The position numbers and the translations under genes are program-made. This document shows positions 11,599 through 23,211 of a stretch of DNA of 64,000 bases, in pieces. The DNA is from Nemertoderma westbladi (Eukaryota > Animalia > Xenacoelomorpha): NCBI GenBank assembly GCA_032718475.1, contig JAUCBJ010007566.1, forward strand, positions 1 through 64,000. Reading direction: 5' to 3'. Below the pieces are notes generated by a model. It was not told the DNA's origin. It searched no databases and saw only the letters and a list, made by a program, of their open reading frames with translations. The first letter of the stretch is position 1; the number at the start of each line of letters is the position of its first letter.

Positions 11599-13760
11599 TG
11601 TTATCGGGTGTTTACCGGTTAATGGTTAATGATTCATTCATTATGACATTAAATGATATCACGGTCACAATTATTGGTGTCAGAAGTGGCTAGTTCTGTA
11701 GTTCGTGTACCGGTACTGCATACTGTGGTAGGTACGTGTACCGGTAGGTTGTCTGTAGTTGGCTAGACTAATACAGTAATACTGTAATATACCTATTTCA
11801 ATATTTTTCTCCATAGTTTTCATTCATTTGTTTCATTCATTCATTTTTCTCGTTAGACAAGGAGAAATGATTTTTATTATGGCGTCAGAAAATATAAATT
11901 TATTTTATAGCGTTGGGTTTAAATAACGATGATGTGGCGGTGAGGAAGGCGACACTGCTGAATCTGTTGGGTGATGCATCGCTCGATGTTTATAATAGTT
12001 TTCGTTTGGAAGATTCGGACAATGCGACATTTCAATCACTAACAAAAGAGGAATTGATTAATCAAGTGTTCTGTTTTCGAGTAGTCTGTGGGACAAGTGG
12101 AGAGGAAATCCAGAAAGCCATGTTGAAGGAAACGGATCTAAATCTCAATAAAGCACTTGATTCATGAAGCTGCATCCTCGACGCAGCGAGTCCTCAACAT
12201 GGCTGATAACGTTCAGCCTGGTCAAAGCAACAGTTCTGAAGTGACAATGTTAACTGGAAACCCGCGAATGCGTGAGGATCAGACAAGGACTTCCTGACCG
12301 GTTCCCTGGGGAAACTCTACAGTTAGCGACACTTCCAGTCAAGCAATGAATCCGGTTGTCAACTGCAAGTTTTGTGGAAGATCGCATGCACGTAGTTGAC
12401 AAGCTTGTCCTACATTAGGCAAGGATTGTAGTAGGTGTCATCGCCGTAACCACTCCAACATGTTGCCCATCTAACAGTAACAGGCAATACAGAGGAGGGA
12501 GTTTTCCGAGTGGAAGAGGCGGCGCAACTTTTCTGGATGTTGGGGAGCAAGATGAGGTTGACAGTAGCTCGGTTAATGAATACTATACAGGGAGCTTCTG
12601 TATTCTACCAGATAGAGTAGAACATCCGATTGATCAGAATAAACCTGTTGTTGCTCTCAGTAATGCAGCTAATTCCAGTGTTTCCTCCTTTAAAGAACTA
12701 CGTTTAAAGTTACCCCTTGATTATGTTACTGGTTATGTAGATTCATGCTCCCACTTTTTGCTCATGAGTAGTTCATATTTTACCCAGTTATTTTCTGGAC
12801 GTATACACCTTCGCAAAGCACAACCAGGATCGAGCGTTATTTGTGCTAATGGTGAAAAATTAGTAATTGATAAGGGGCTTCTGTTACTACACCTGGAGAT
12901 AAACTGCGACCTATCATGTTTCGTGTTGTGCATGACTTGACAACCAGTTGTTTGATCTGTAATGATTTTTTACAATCATATGAAAAGGTGGAATTAGTCA
13001 ATAAACCTGGGCCGAATGTAACTGGTCATTTAGTGTTAAATACGTCAAAATGTCTGAATGTGACGAATAGTACATCTACTGAAACTGAACAGAAGGTCCA
13101 GATGAAACCTCCTTATAATATTAAAGAAGCTGCTGCTGCTTACCGAGATCGTTTACTCAAAGATTATGCCGACATTTTTGATAAACCTATTGGAGGGGCA
13201 TATGTTTAATGATTCTAACCCTCAGCCAATTATTCAAGTAGAAGCTGGATCTAAATTTCTATATGTCCCTGTTAGGACAGTACCAGTGAAACATAGAGAT
13301 TTCATCCATGAAAAGGTTCAAGAACTTTTCACTGAGTGGGTTATACAGAAGTCCAATTCATCATACAGACATAATCCTGTGGTAGTTCCAAGGTCGAGTG
13401 GTGATGCATTCCCTACACCTCGAATGGAAGATGAATTGCGAAAACAAAATGGAAATTATGTCTATTGCAAAATTGACTGCACAATTTTATTACCAAATTC
13501 CATTACATTATTCTGACTGTGCTAAATATTGAGAAGATAACTCTGGATCAGCATACTCGAATTATATGACTTAGGAACCTTTGAAAAGTTATAATTTATT
13601 AACTAAACTGAACAAATTGAACTTGTAGGATTTTAGACAAGGATCTCTTGTAAATTTAGGAACAGAAGTTAGGATTTTAGACAGTAGGGGTGAAGGTGTT
13701 ATCGGGTGTTTACCGGTTAATGATTATTTCATTATAACATTAAATGATATCACGGTCACA
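11599..13760 (+). mobile_element. Internally deleted, degenerate Ty3/Gypsy-type LTR retrotransposon with 71/64-bp LTRs
   Basis: Direct repeats 11599-11669 and 13697-13760 (TG...CA), 5-bp TSD GTTTC on both sides, PBS-like TGGTGTCAGAAGTGG, PPT AGTAGGGGTGAAGG; gag (RKATLLNLLG, CKFC..H, CSRC..H), protease-like YVDS and RT N-terminus relics with stops. Confidence 0.88.
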
Positions 13761-13786
13761 GTTTCATATCATATCTCTAACTGGGG

Positions 13787-13840
13787 ACTGATAAACCGAA
13801 ACGTATAGCACTGGTTCAACCCACGGTGACGCGCTTCCTC
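13787..13840 (+). repeat. Inverted partial copy of the hammerhead-bearing segment 11453-11508
   Basis: CCGAAACGTATAGCACTGGTTCAACCC.CGGTGACGCGCTTCCT is the reverse complement of 11453-11508; the ribozyme core is incomplete here. Confidence 0.8.
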
Positions 13841-14331
13841 ATTTTTCCCCTTTCTGAACATAACCATAATATTACATCATTATTATATTCTTTTAAGAGC
13901 TATAACTTTATATGATTCTAGTGCGATAGTAGTAAAATCCGAACACCACCCCGTGGGTTTTAATTTAGATTAAGTAATCCTATAAAGTGCGAGATTAAAA
14001 GACTTAGCAAATAGTTCTTAATGAAAATGAATATATTTTTTTACACCGAGTAATCATTCTGATATTAAGTTATTTACCAAATTAAGTAGAGCTTTGATTT
14101 ATACCAAACAATATCACAAACATATGAAAAATATAATCTTCTAAAAAACGCTTTAATATACAGTATTACAATCAATTTCGTATTAAAAATATGAGTTTTG
14201 TTCTTATTTTTAATATACTTGCTCCACAATATATTCTTGGTATCTGACCAATAACAATACAGCCATAACTATACTAACAGTCTTTATTAACCACCTGTTG
14301 TTTTATTTTCTTTCTATGTACCGGTACGCAG

Positions 14332-14474
14332 ACGTCACTAACAGACACCTCTTCCATGGCTATGCGTGACGTCAGTTCCGTTCTATTGGTCGGCGCTTTG
14401 GGCGAGTTGGAATTGAGCAGCACTCTGTTGCCCCTAGATACGAGTCGGTTGCTAGCAACCCTCGATACCGATAG
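14332..14474 (+). CDS. Nesprin-like gene, likely penultimate exon (phase 0-2)
   Basis: Pyrimidine tract and gtacgcag acceptor, AG|gttggt donor, open frame TSLTDTSS...TLDTD joining in phase to the KASH exon. Confidence 0.6.
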
Positions 14475-14706
14475 GTTGGTTGGGGTCGCAAAGGGGATAA
14501 TTTTCTCGTGATATTTTTGATTACGTCAGATTTTTGTAACAAGATCATTTGTAGGTACAGTGGGTTAGGTATGTCATAATTATTCTTCAAAATATGATTT
14601 GTAACGCGTCATTACCAAATTTACCCATTTATATTTGTCTCGACGTATTAAAAATTGGTCTAATTAAATTATAATTTAGCTAACTATTGTTCGCTTTGTG
14701 TTACAG

Positions 14707-14932
14707 TTCTAACGCCCACGCGCTCAGAAACAAGAAGGTTTCTCGACCTTTGACCTTTTGGTCCCGGGTGCGACGGGCTGCGTTGCCCTGGCAACTGTTT
14801 GGTCTCTTCCTGCTGGTCTTCGCCTATTGGGTACCGTTCACAGAGGACGATTACTCCTGTCTGCTGCGGAATAACTTCGCGTATTCGTTGGAAACAAGAT
14901 TTATTTATCCCAACGGAATGCCACCCTTTTAG
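14707..14932 (+). CDS. Terminal exon encoding the KASH domain
   Basis: FWSRVRRAALPWQLFGLFLLVFAYWVP (TM) then EDDYSCLLRNNFAYSLETRFIYPNGMPPF-stop: conserved Cys, NNFA, and PPx C-terminus. Confidence 0.93.
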
Positions 14933-16515
14933 ATATGTTATCATGGACGAATGGGTGCTTTATTAATAAATTAATTAATTAATCGAATTTGCTAAGCTTT
15001 GCGCAACGAAATTTATAGTCGTTTCAGATGGTTTATTCTTTAAAGGTCCACATATTATGTATTTTATATAATAAGTTCAGCCATTTATTTCTGCCCCTCC
15101 CAAAACCCGGGAGTTAAAAATTTATTGATTTTGTTCAACTTTTTGAATGGGATTCAATATTTCAAAACATAGTTCATGACCCCAAACTGTTTTGTGGCGT
15201 GGAAAATGGCGTTATTGTGGCGTTATTGTATCCTGCAATATTTTCATCTCCCCGTGTCATTCAGCTGTTGGAATTATTATTATTCAAAGTACATTATTTT
15301 AGATATTTAAAAGTGGCTGCGCAATTTGAGTGCTGATATATTTGTAAATAGTCTAGTATAAGTATAATATTCACGGATTCTACCTTTATGTAAAATCAGG
15401 TCAATAAAACATTATTTTTACTTTCACTTTAATATTGTACGTAAAGTTCATTTTGTAGCGAATTTATTGGTTTTGAAATATATACGGTAGATTGTTTTTC
15501 AGAAGGAATGTATGTTTATATATTTTTCAACATGCCAAAGGCAATATTTGATTTAGTAAACTCTATGGTCTACTTTACAAGGAGTTTTTTTTATTATTTT
15601 CTAAAAAGTCCATTACTTACATTGAATGTATTATTTGTTTTTGTTTCAATCTATTGTACATAATATATTTTCTTTATATTGCTAAACTCCCAAGTGTTTC
15701 AGTGAAATATTATTGAGTATATAATACGATAAAATTAATTTAGTGTCAATCAATAATACCTCAGGTTTATTTACTGGTATGGGGACGGGGGGGGGGGGGG
15801 GATGTATATTGAACGTGTCTGTACCAAATCAAGATTGGGACAATAGGGGACTGGGACTGGGACGAATTCCTGAGCCCATAGCATAGGGGTGGGTGCGCGA
15901 AAAAAGTGTTGGACTAGAAAAATTTTAATGAAAGCCTAACAAGGTGCCCTGGAATTGAGTGGTGGGTTGTGTTTTAAGGTTTTAATATAGAAATGCCGGA
16001 TTTAAGTACTGTAAGCCCGCAAAGACAATTTTGCAAACCGGCTGTAATGGTTATAGTAAATCTTACGTCACAAGTCTTTGGTTCCTTTAACATTAACTTG
16101 TGTTCAATGGAGGGCGATTTACATGGCTGGCCCCATATACCAGCAGACTGCGGTACAGTAGGGATAACTCATCAATCATCAGTAGCTAGTCACGGACTAC
16201 GCCCTGACACTGCAGCACTGACTCAGGATTGTAGATTGTACTGTTGTACTGTACTGTACGTAGGCCTAGATGCTAGAGCCCTACAGCTCAGTACCGATAC
16301 CGACACATTATACAGCTCGATGCTCCGCACTCCAGATTTTATGTCTATCGCTGATCGCTCTACATCAGTACATCCATACAGTATTAAGCTAAGCAACCAG
16401 TAAATAAGTCGTTAAATAGTAAATAGTTATTTATAATATAACAAATCAATTTTTTGGGGATAATGTTTTTTGAGTTAGACAAATCCGATGGGTGATGTTA
16501 CATTCTATATAGTAC

Positions 16516-18925
16516 CCCACCCACCGAGACCGGCCCCATCCCCAAAACCAATGTCCCTCCCACCGAGACCGGCCCCATCCCCCACACCAATGTCCCACCC
16601 ACCGAGACCAGCCCCATCCCCAAAACCAATGTCCCTCCCACCGATACCGGCCCCATCCCCAAAACCAATGTCCCTCCCACCGAGACCGGCCCCATCCCCA
16701 AAACCAATGTCCCTCCCACCGAGACCGGCCCCATTCCCCACACCAATGTCCCACCCACCGAGACCAGCCCCATCCCCAAAACCAATGTCCCTCCCACCGA
16801 TACCGGCCCCATCCCCCAAACCAATGTCCCACCCACCGAGACTGGCACCATCCCCAAAAACAATGTCCCACCCACCGAGACCGGCCCCATCCCCCAAACC
16901 AATGTCCCACCCACCGAGACCGGCCCATCCCCAAAACCAATGTCCCACCCTCCGAGACCGGCCCTATCCCGAAAACCAATGTCCTTCCCACCGAGACCGG
17001 CCCTATCCCCAAAACCAATGTCCCACCCACCGAGACCGGCCCTATCCCGAAAACCAATGTCCCTCCCACCGAGACCGGCCCTATCCCCCAAACCAATGTC
17101 CCACCCACCGAGACCGGCCCCATCCCCCAAACCAATGTCCCACCCACCGAGACCGGCCCATCCCCAAAACCAATGTCCCACCCTCCGAGACCGGCCCTAT
17201 CCCGAAAACCAATGTCCTTCCCACCGAGACCGGCCCTATCCCCAAAACCAATGTCCCACCCACCGAGACCGGCCCTATCCCGAAAACCAATGTCCCTCCC
17301 ACCGAGACCGGCCCTATCCCCCAAACCAATGTCCCACCCACCGAGACCGGCCCATCCCCAAAACCAATGTCCCACCCACCGAGGCCGGCCCTATCCCGAA
17401 AACCAATGTCCCTCCCACCGAGACCGGCCCTATCCCCCAAACCAATGTCCCACCCACCGAGACCGGCCCCATCCCCCAAACCAATGTCCCACCCACCGAG
17501 ACCGGCCCCATCCCCAAAACCAATGTCCCTCCCACCGAGACTGGCCCCATCCCCCACACCAATGTCCCACCCACCGAGACCAGCCCCATCCCCAAAACCA
17601 ATGTCCCTCCCACCGATACCGGCCCCATCCCCCAAACCAATGTCCCACCCACCGAGACCGGCACCATCCCCAAAAACAATGTCCCTCCCACCGAGACCGG
17701 CCCATCCCCAAAACTAATGTCCCTCCCACCGAGACCGGCCCTATCCCCAAAACCAATGTCCCTCCCACCGAGACCGGCCCCATCCCCCACACCAATTTCC
17801 CACCCACCGAGACCGGCCCCATCCCCAAAACCAATGTCCCTCCCACCGAGACCGGTCCCATCCCCAAAACCAATGTCCCACCCACCGAGACCTAGCCCTA
17901 TCCCTAAAACCAATGTCCCACCCACTGAGACCAGCCACATCCCAAAAACCAATGTCCCTCCCACCGAGACCGGTCCCATCCCCAAAACCAACGTCCCTCC
18001 CACCGAGACCGGCCCCATCCCCAAAACCAATGTGCCTCCCACCGAGACCGGCCCCATCCCCAAAACCAATGTCCCTCCCACCGAGACCGGTCCCATCCCC
18101 AAAACCAATGTCCCTCCCACCGAGACCGGCCCCATCCCCAAAACCAATGTGCCTCCCACCGAGACCGGCCCCATCCCCAAAACCAATGTCCCTCCCACCG
18201 AGACCGGCCCCATCCCCAAAACCAATGTCCCTCCCACCGAGACCGGCCCCATCCCCAAAACCAATGTCCCTCCCACCGAGACCGGCCCCATCCCCAAAAC
18301 CAATGTCCCTCCCACCGAGACCGGCCCCATCCCCAAAACCAATGTCCCTCCCACCGAGACCGGCCCCATCCCCCAAACCAATGTCCCACCCACCGAGACC
18401 GGCCCCATCCCCAAAACCAATGTCCCTCCCACCGAGACCGGTCCCATCCCCAAAACCAATGTCCATCCCACCGAGACCGGCCCCATCCCCAAAACCAATG
18501 TCCCTCCCACCGAGACCGGCCCCATCCCCAAAACCAATGTCCCTCCCACCGAGACCGGTCCCATCCCCAAAACCAATGTCCCTCCCACCGAGACCGGCCC
18601 CATCCCCAAAACCAATGTCTCTCCCACCGAGACCGGCCCCATCCCCAAAACCAACGTCCCTCCCACCGAGACCGGCCCCATCCCCAAAACCAATGTCCCT
18701 CCCACCGAGACCGGCACCATTCCCAAAATCAATGTCCCTCCCACCGAGACCGGCACCATTCCCAAAACCAATGTCCCATTCTCTAAGACCGGTTCCATCC
18801 CCTAAATCAATGTCCCATTCCCTGAGACCGGTTCCATCCCCAAAATCAATGTCCCATTCTCTGAGACCGGTTCCATTCCCTAAATCAGTGTCCCATTCTC
18901 TGAAACCGGTTCCATTCCCTAAATG
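16516..18925. repeat. 39-bp C-rich minisatellite, about 60 copies
   Basis: Unit CCACCGAGACCGGCCCCATCCCCAAAACCAATGTCCCTC, with occasional 38-bp units and a diverged right edge. Confidence 0.97.
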
Positions 18926-20053
18926 AATGTTTCGACTGAATTGGTAATTCGTTTTGGGTTAGCCCATATTTTTGTATACATTGACTAAACTAAGAATAAA
19001 TAATAATAATAATATAACACCTACATTGAATGAACGAATAGTTAGTTACCTTAGTTATTCAAAAACTGTTAATGTTCTAGAATACTCTACCAAATGTGTA
19101 AAAATAACCAAATACTTTTGTTTTCGGAACATTTTAAACAAATTTTATAAATAAAACGTACAAAAACATAGCTGCCGGAAAAATACCTAGAATAATTTCC
19201 TAGAAAGGATCATCAGGCACAATGATTTGTCTTTTTCTGACAATTGTGGGATTTTTATTAAATAATTAGATCCACAATTTAAAATAAATACTAAAATTCC
19301 AAACGCTTTTCGGCATTCAAACAATCTGTCTGCTCCGGGCTAGGCTGTTATAAGTTGTCAAGGTAACTTAATGTGATTCCTAATATAATAGCAGTTAATG
19401 GGCCGCTATGGTTTAGTTGCAGATTTTCCTGTTGGTTTGAACATAAAATCAATAAAAAATACACTGAAAATTTTTACATTTTGTAACAAAAAGATTAGAT
19501 TCGGCCTATAGATAGCAGAAAATATTTGTTCTAGAACATTCATTTATTTTTTGAACATCGGGATTTCTGTAGCCCTACTATTCTTTTCCAACAATTGTTC
19601 TCTATACCAAATATTTGTTTGTTTATACTTTTTGACAAATTGTTAATCGTATTTATTAATGATTAATTAAATCTACCTGAAATAATTACCGAGTCATAAT
19701 AAAACAAAATGGAAGGAGGTGTTGTCAGGGCGAAGTAGTACCAAAATAAGAGTCGATTTCGGAACTCTAGCCATTTATCATAATTTATCAAAAAATCATT
19801 ATGATACTTGAAGTTATTTATGTGAAATAAAAAAACTCATAAAAAAAAACTAAATTAAAAAATTTTCTAATTATAGAACAGTAGCTATCGGTACCATGAA
19901 AAAATATTAGCTAATGTCTCTGAGAAGGTAGAATTAATGTTCTAGAACAAAAATACCTCATAGCTATTAGCATTTTCAATAATATTTGGTCAGAACAATT
20001 TGATACAGAACTTCTAATTGAGACTTTTCAACGGATATTCAACTAAATCAAAT

Positions 20054-21774
20054 ATGTTATCAAAAACATCTTCGGCATCAATTATGTTATCAAAAACGTC
20101 TTCGGCGTCATATTATTCAGCCAAGGAAAGTTTACCTCCGAATGAAGAAGAGATTATACCTGCCCCGGAGGAACCACAGCCAGTCCCGTCTGTCCCGCGC
20201 AGAAGGAGAAAACGGACATCGGTGTTGAAGCGATTGTGGCGATACATAACAAGCCATGGACCCTGTTTCTGGTTCTGTAGGGCCTTCATTGCTCTCTGTG
20301 TTCTTAGTGTTCTTTACGTGCTGGCGAAATTAGCGATGGGGGATGATTTAAGGAAAGACAAAGTGGATGGGATCAAGACTGATGGCGTATTTGACACGGA
20401 TGAATATGTTAAGAGTCGATGGATAACCCGGGGTTATGGTACAGAGATACCAGCCACCGACAGTACCACTGGTACAGGGATATCAACCACCGACAGTACC
20501 AATGGTACAGGGATATCAACCAACGACAGTACCACTGGTACAGGGATATCAGCCACCGACAGTACCACTGGTACAGGGATATCAGCCACCGACAGTACCA
20601 CTGGTACAGATATATCAGCCACCGACAGTACCAATGGTACAGGGATATCAACCAACGACAGTACCACTGGTACAGGGATATCAGCCACCGACAGTACCAC
20701 TGGTACAGGGATATCAGCCACCGACAGTACCACTGGTACAGATATATCAACCACCGACAGTACCACTGGTACAGGGATATCAACCACCGACAGTACCACT
20801 GGTACAGGGATATCAACCAACGACAGTACCACTGGTACAGGGATATCAGCCACCGACAGTACCACTGGTACAGGGATATCAGCCACCGACAGTACCACTG
20901 GTACAGATATATCAACCACCGACAGTACCACTGGTACAGGGATATCAGCCACCGACAGTACCACTGGTACAGGGATATCAACCACCGACAGTACCAGTGG
21001 TACAGGGATATCAACCACCGACAGTACCACTGGTACAGATATATCAGCCACCGACAGTACCACTGGTTCAGGGATATCAACCACCGACAGTACCACTGGT
21101 ACAGATATATCAGCCACCGACAGTACCACTGGTACAGGGATATCAACCACCGACAGTACCAGTACTGGTGAGGTTTCATCCACAACAACGATAATCTCCG
21201 AGAAGGATGACGTTTATCGGTCGTTTATCGACTGCGATAGAAGTAAAGGAGAATGCGATCCCTATGATCCTCAAATATGCGATAAGCCGACAGAATCCGA
21301 TCAATATACCGTCGATATCGGAAGTCAACTCAAATATGCAAGAACTAAAGACGGGAAGCTGAGTTGCGATGGCGATTGGATCATATTTTATAGACGTATC
21401 CCCAACACCAGTTTCACTGGCCAGTACAATATGGGATTCGGAGATTCCAAAGGAAGTTACTTCCTGGGCCTGTATAATATGTTTGATCTGACAAGGATAG
21501 GGAATGTTTTATGAAGATTGATTGTGGTACAGCGACGGTTTTATACAGAGGCTTTACTATGGGTGCTGGTTATCCTCTAAAGATTACAAGATATTACAAT
21601 GAGTCCAATACCGGTGTATCTGCTAATGAAAGAAACTGCGATCTTTCTGTTTACAACAACGAGAAGTTTGATTTAAATATAGGATGGTGGCATGGCGGAT
21701 CTCCCCCAAGTGAATGGGAAACAAAAACTGAAACTATTGAGATGAAGGTGAAATGCAAGAAACCAGTCGTGTGA
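20054..21774 (+). CDS. Intronless type-II membrane protein: TM, Ser/Thr 11-aa repeats, divergent fibrinogen-C-like domain; 1-bp frameshift near 21492
   Basis: Basic RRRRKR then hydrophobic FIALCVLSVLYVLA; TGISATDSTTG repeats; FReD-like GDWIIFYRR, GFGD..GSYFLGL, GWW, EMKV; second half continues in ORF 21511-21774. Confidence 0.7.
20436..21168 (+). repeat. 33-bp coding tandem repeat (about 22 copies)
   Basis: Unit GGTACAGGGATATCAGCCACCGACAGTACCACT, length-conserved and in frame. Confidence 0.95.
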
Positions 21775-21987
21775 AACATTCGAGATGAAACTGAAACACA
21801 TAAAGTAACAAACTGTACAGTAGCGCAGTAGGTAACGTAACTAACATTATAATTATAATATACAACAAATTAATAATATCCTCTGAGTTACAATGAACAA
21901 ATGAACGGCACTGCCGTAGGTCGTGTGGCCTCCGTTGGGAACGTCGGTTCCAGGAACCGCGGTAGGAATCCCATAAAGGATAGATGG

Positions 21988-22210
21988 AACCCGTAGACCC
22001 AACGGGTAACCCGTGGGTTACATCCAACCCGTAGACCCAACGGGTAACCCATGGGTTACATCCAACCCGTAGACCCAACGGGTAACCCATGGGTTACATA
22101 CAACCAGTAGACCCAACGGGTAACCCATGGGTTACATCCAACCAGTAGACCCATCGAGTATCTCATGGGTTACATCCAACCAGTAGACCCAACGGGTAAC
22201 CCATAGGTTT
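21988..22210. repeat. 38-bp tandem repeat with internal palindrome (about 6 copies)
   Basis: CCCGTAGACCCAACGGGTAACCCATGGGTTACATCCAA; contains the palindrome GTAACCCATGGGTTAC. Confidence 0.92.
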
Positions 22211-22829
22211 GATCCATAACGAAACGCCCTCCGTCTGTTTAAACCTAAAGGGAAGATAAATTATCTAGTTTATAAATTAATTAAGAGTTTATTATTGTTT
22301 CAGTAAGAATAATATAATTCGGCTATAGATATTACAGTATTAATAATATGTTACTTACTATTATTAGTTATTATATTTAGTCTCTTTACTTGAACTCAAT
22401 AGGAAACTGATCGTAGATAATCGTTTGGGACGTTCCCAGCAGCGACCGCAACGTTGGTTTCACATAGAACATCGTGATTCTTTAATTTAATCTGACAAAG
22501 ACAATACAATGATATGTAAAGATTAAACTGTAACGTAACTGTAGGCCTATCAACTAGTCAACCTATGTGATACTACTCTATAATAGAGAGAATAATATTG
22601 GTAACTAGAGAACTTCAGTAATAACAGTTTGGTACGCTGGTGTAGGCTTTGAACCAGAGCGGAGAAACTGAAAGTAAATAGTACCGGTAGAATTAGAAAA
22701 GGGGTTCATAGCTAATGGGAGTGATAGAATACAGTAGAACAGAGTGATAGGAGGAAAGGGGACAGGGGGGGGGGGGGGGGCAATGCCCCTGGGCGCAGAG
22801 TACTAAGGGGGGCGGGCGCACAAATTTTT

Positions 22830-23211
22830 ATAATAATAATAATATTTATATTTATATCGCGCCTTTCTCTGAACTTTAAACAGGGCGCCAGAAGTAAAAA
22901 GTAAAATGCAGAATTCCTGCATGTACATAATAAAACAACATTCTAAAAAATACTTAGACAATAAATGAGTTAAAGTTTTTTAAAAAGTAATATTTGCACA
23001 GAGTAGTGATGGCATCAATAATTCAATTGGTTGTTGCGTTGTTGTATTCCTGCATGTAAAGATATGTTTTGAGTTTCGCTTTGAATATCCCAATGGAGTC
23101 AGCGTTTCGTATGTCATCAGGTAGCGCATACCAAATGGTTGGGGCAGATGCTGAGAATGTTCGCTTACCATAATGTTCCAGGCGGTAGCGTGGGATTACA
23201 AGTAGACCCAA
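22830..23211 (-). mobile_element. 3' end of a CR1/L2-type LINE
   Basis: LVIPRYRLEHYGKRTFSASAPTIWYALP..IR....FKAKLKTYL C-terminal signature; (ATT)n tail near 22831. Confidence 0.75.

Noticed and set aside
16446-18926. Long Pro-rich and Gly-rich ORFs on both strands
   Set aside because: Products of a stop-poor 39-bp minisatellite; 38-bp units shift frame and there is no unique coding flank.
20409-21194. Alternative-frame ORFs over the 33-bp repeat
   Set aside because: Only the Ser/Thr frame is continuous with the TM segment and the downstream domain.
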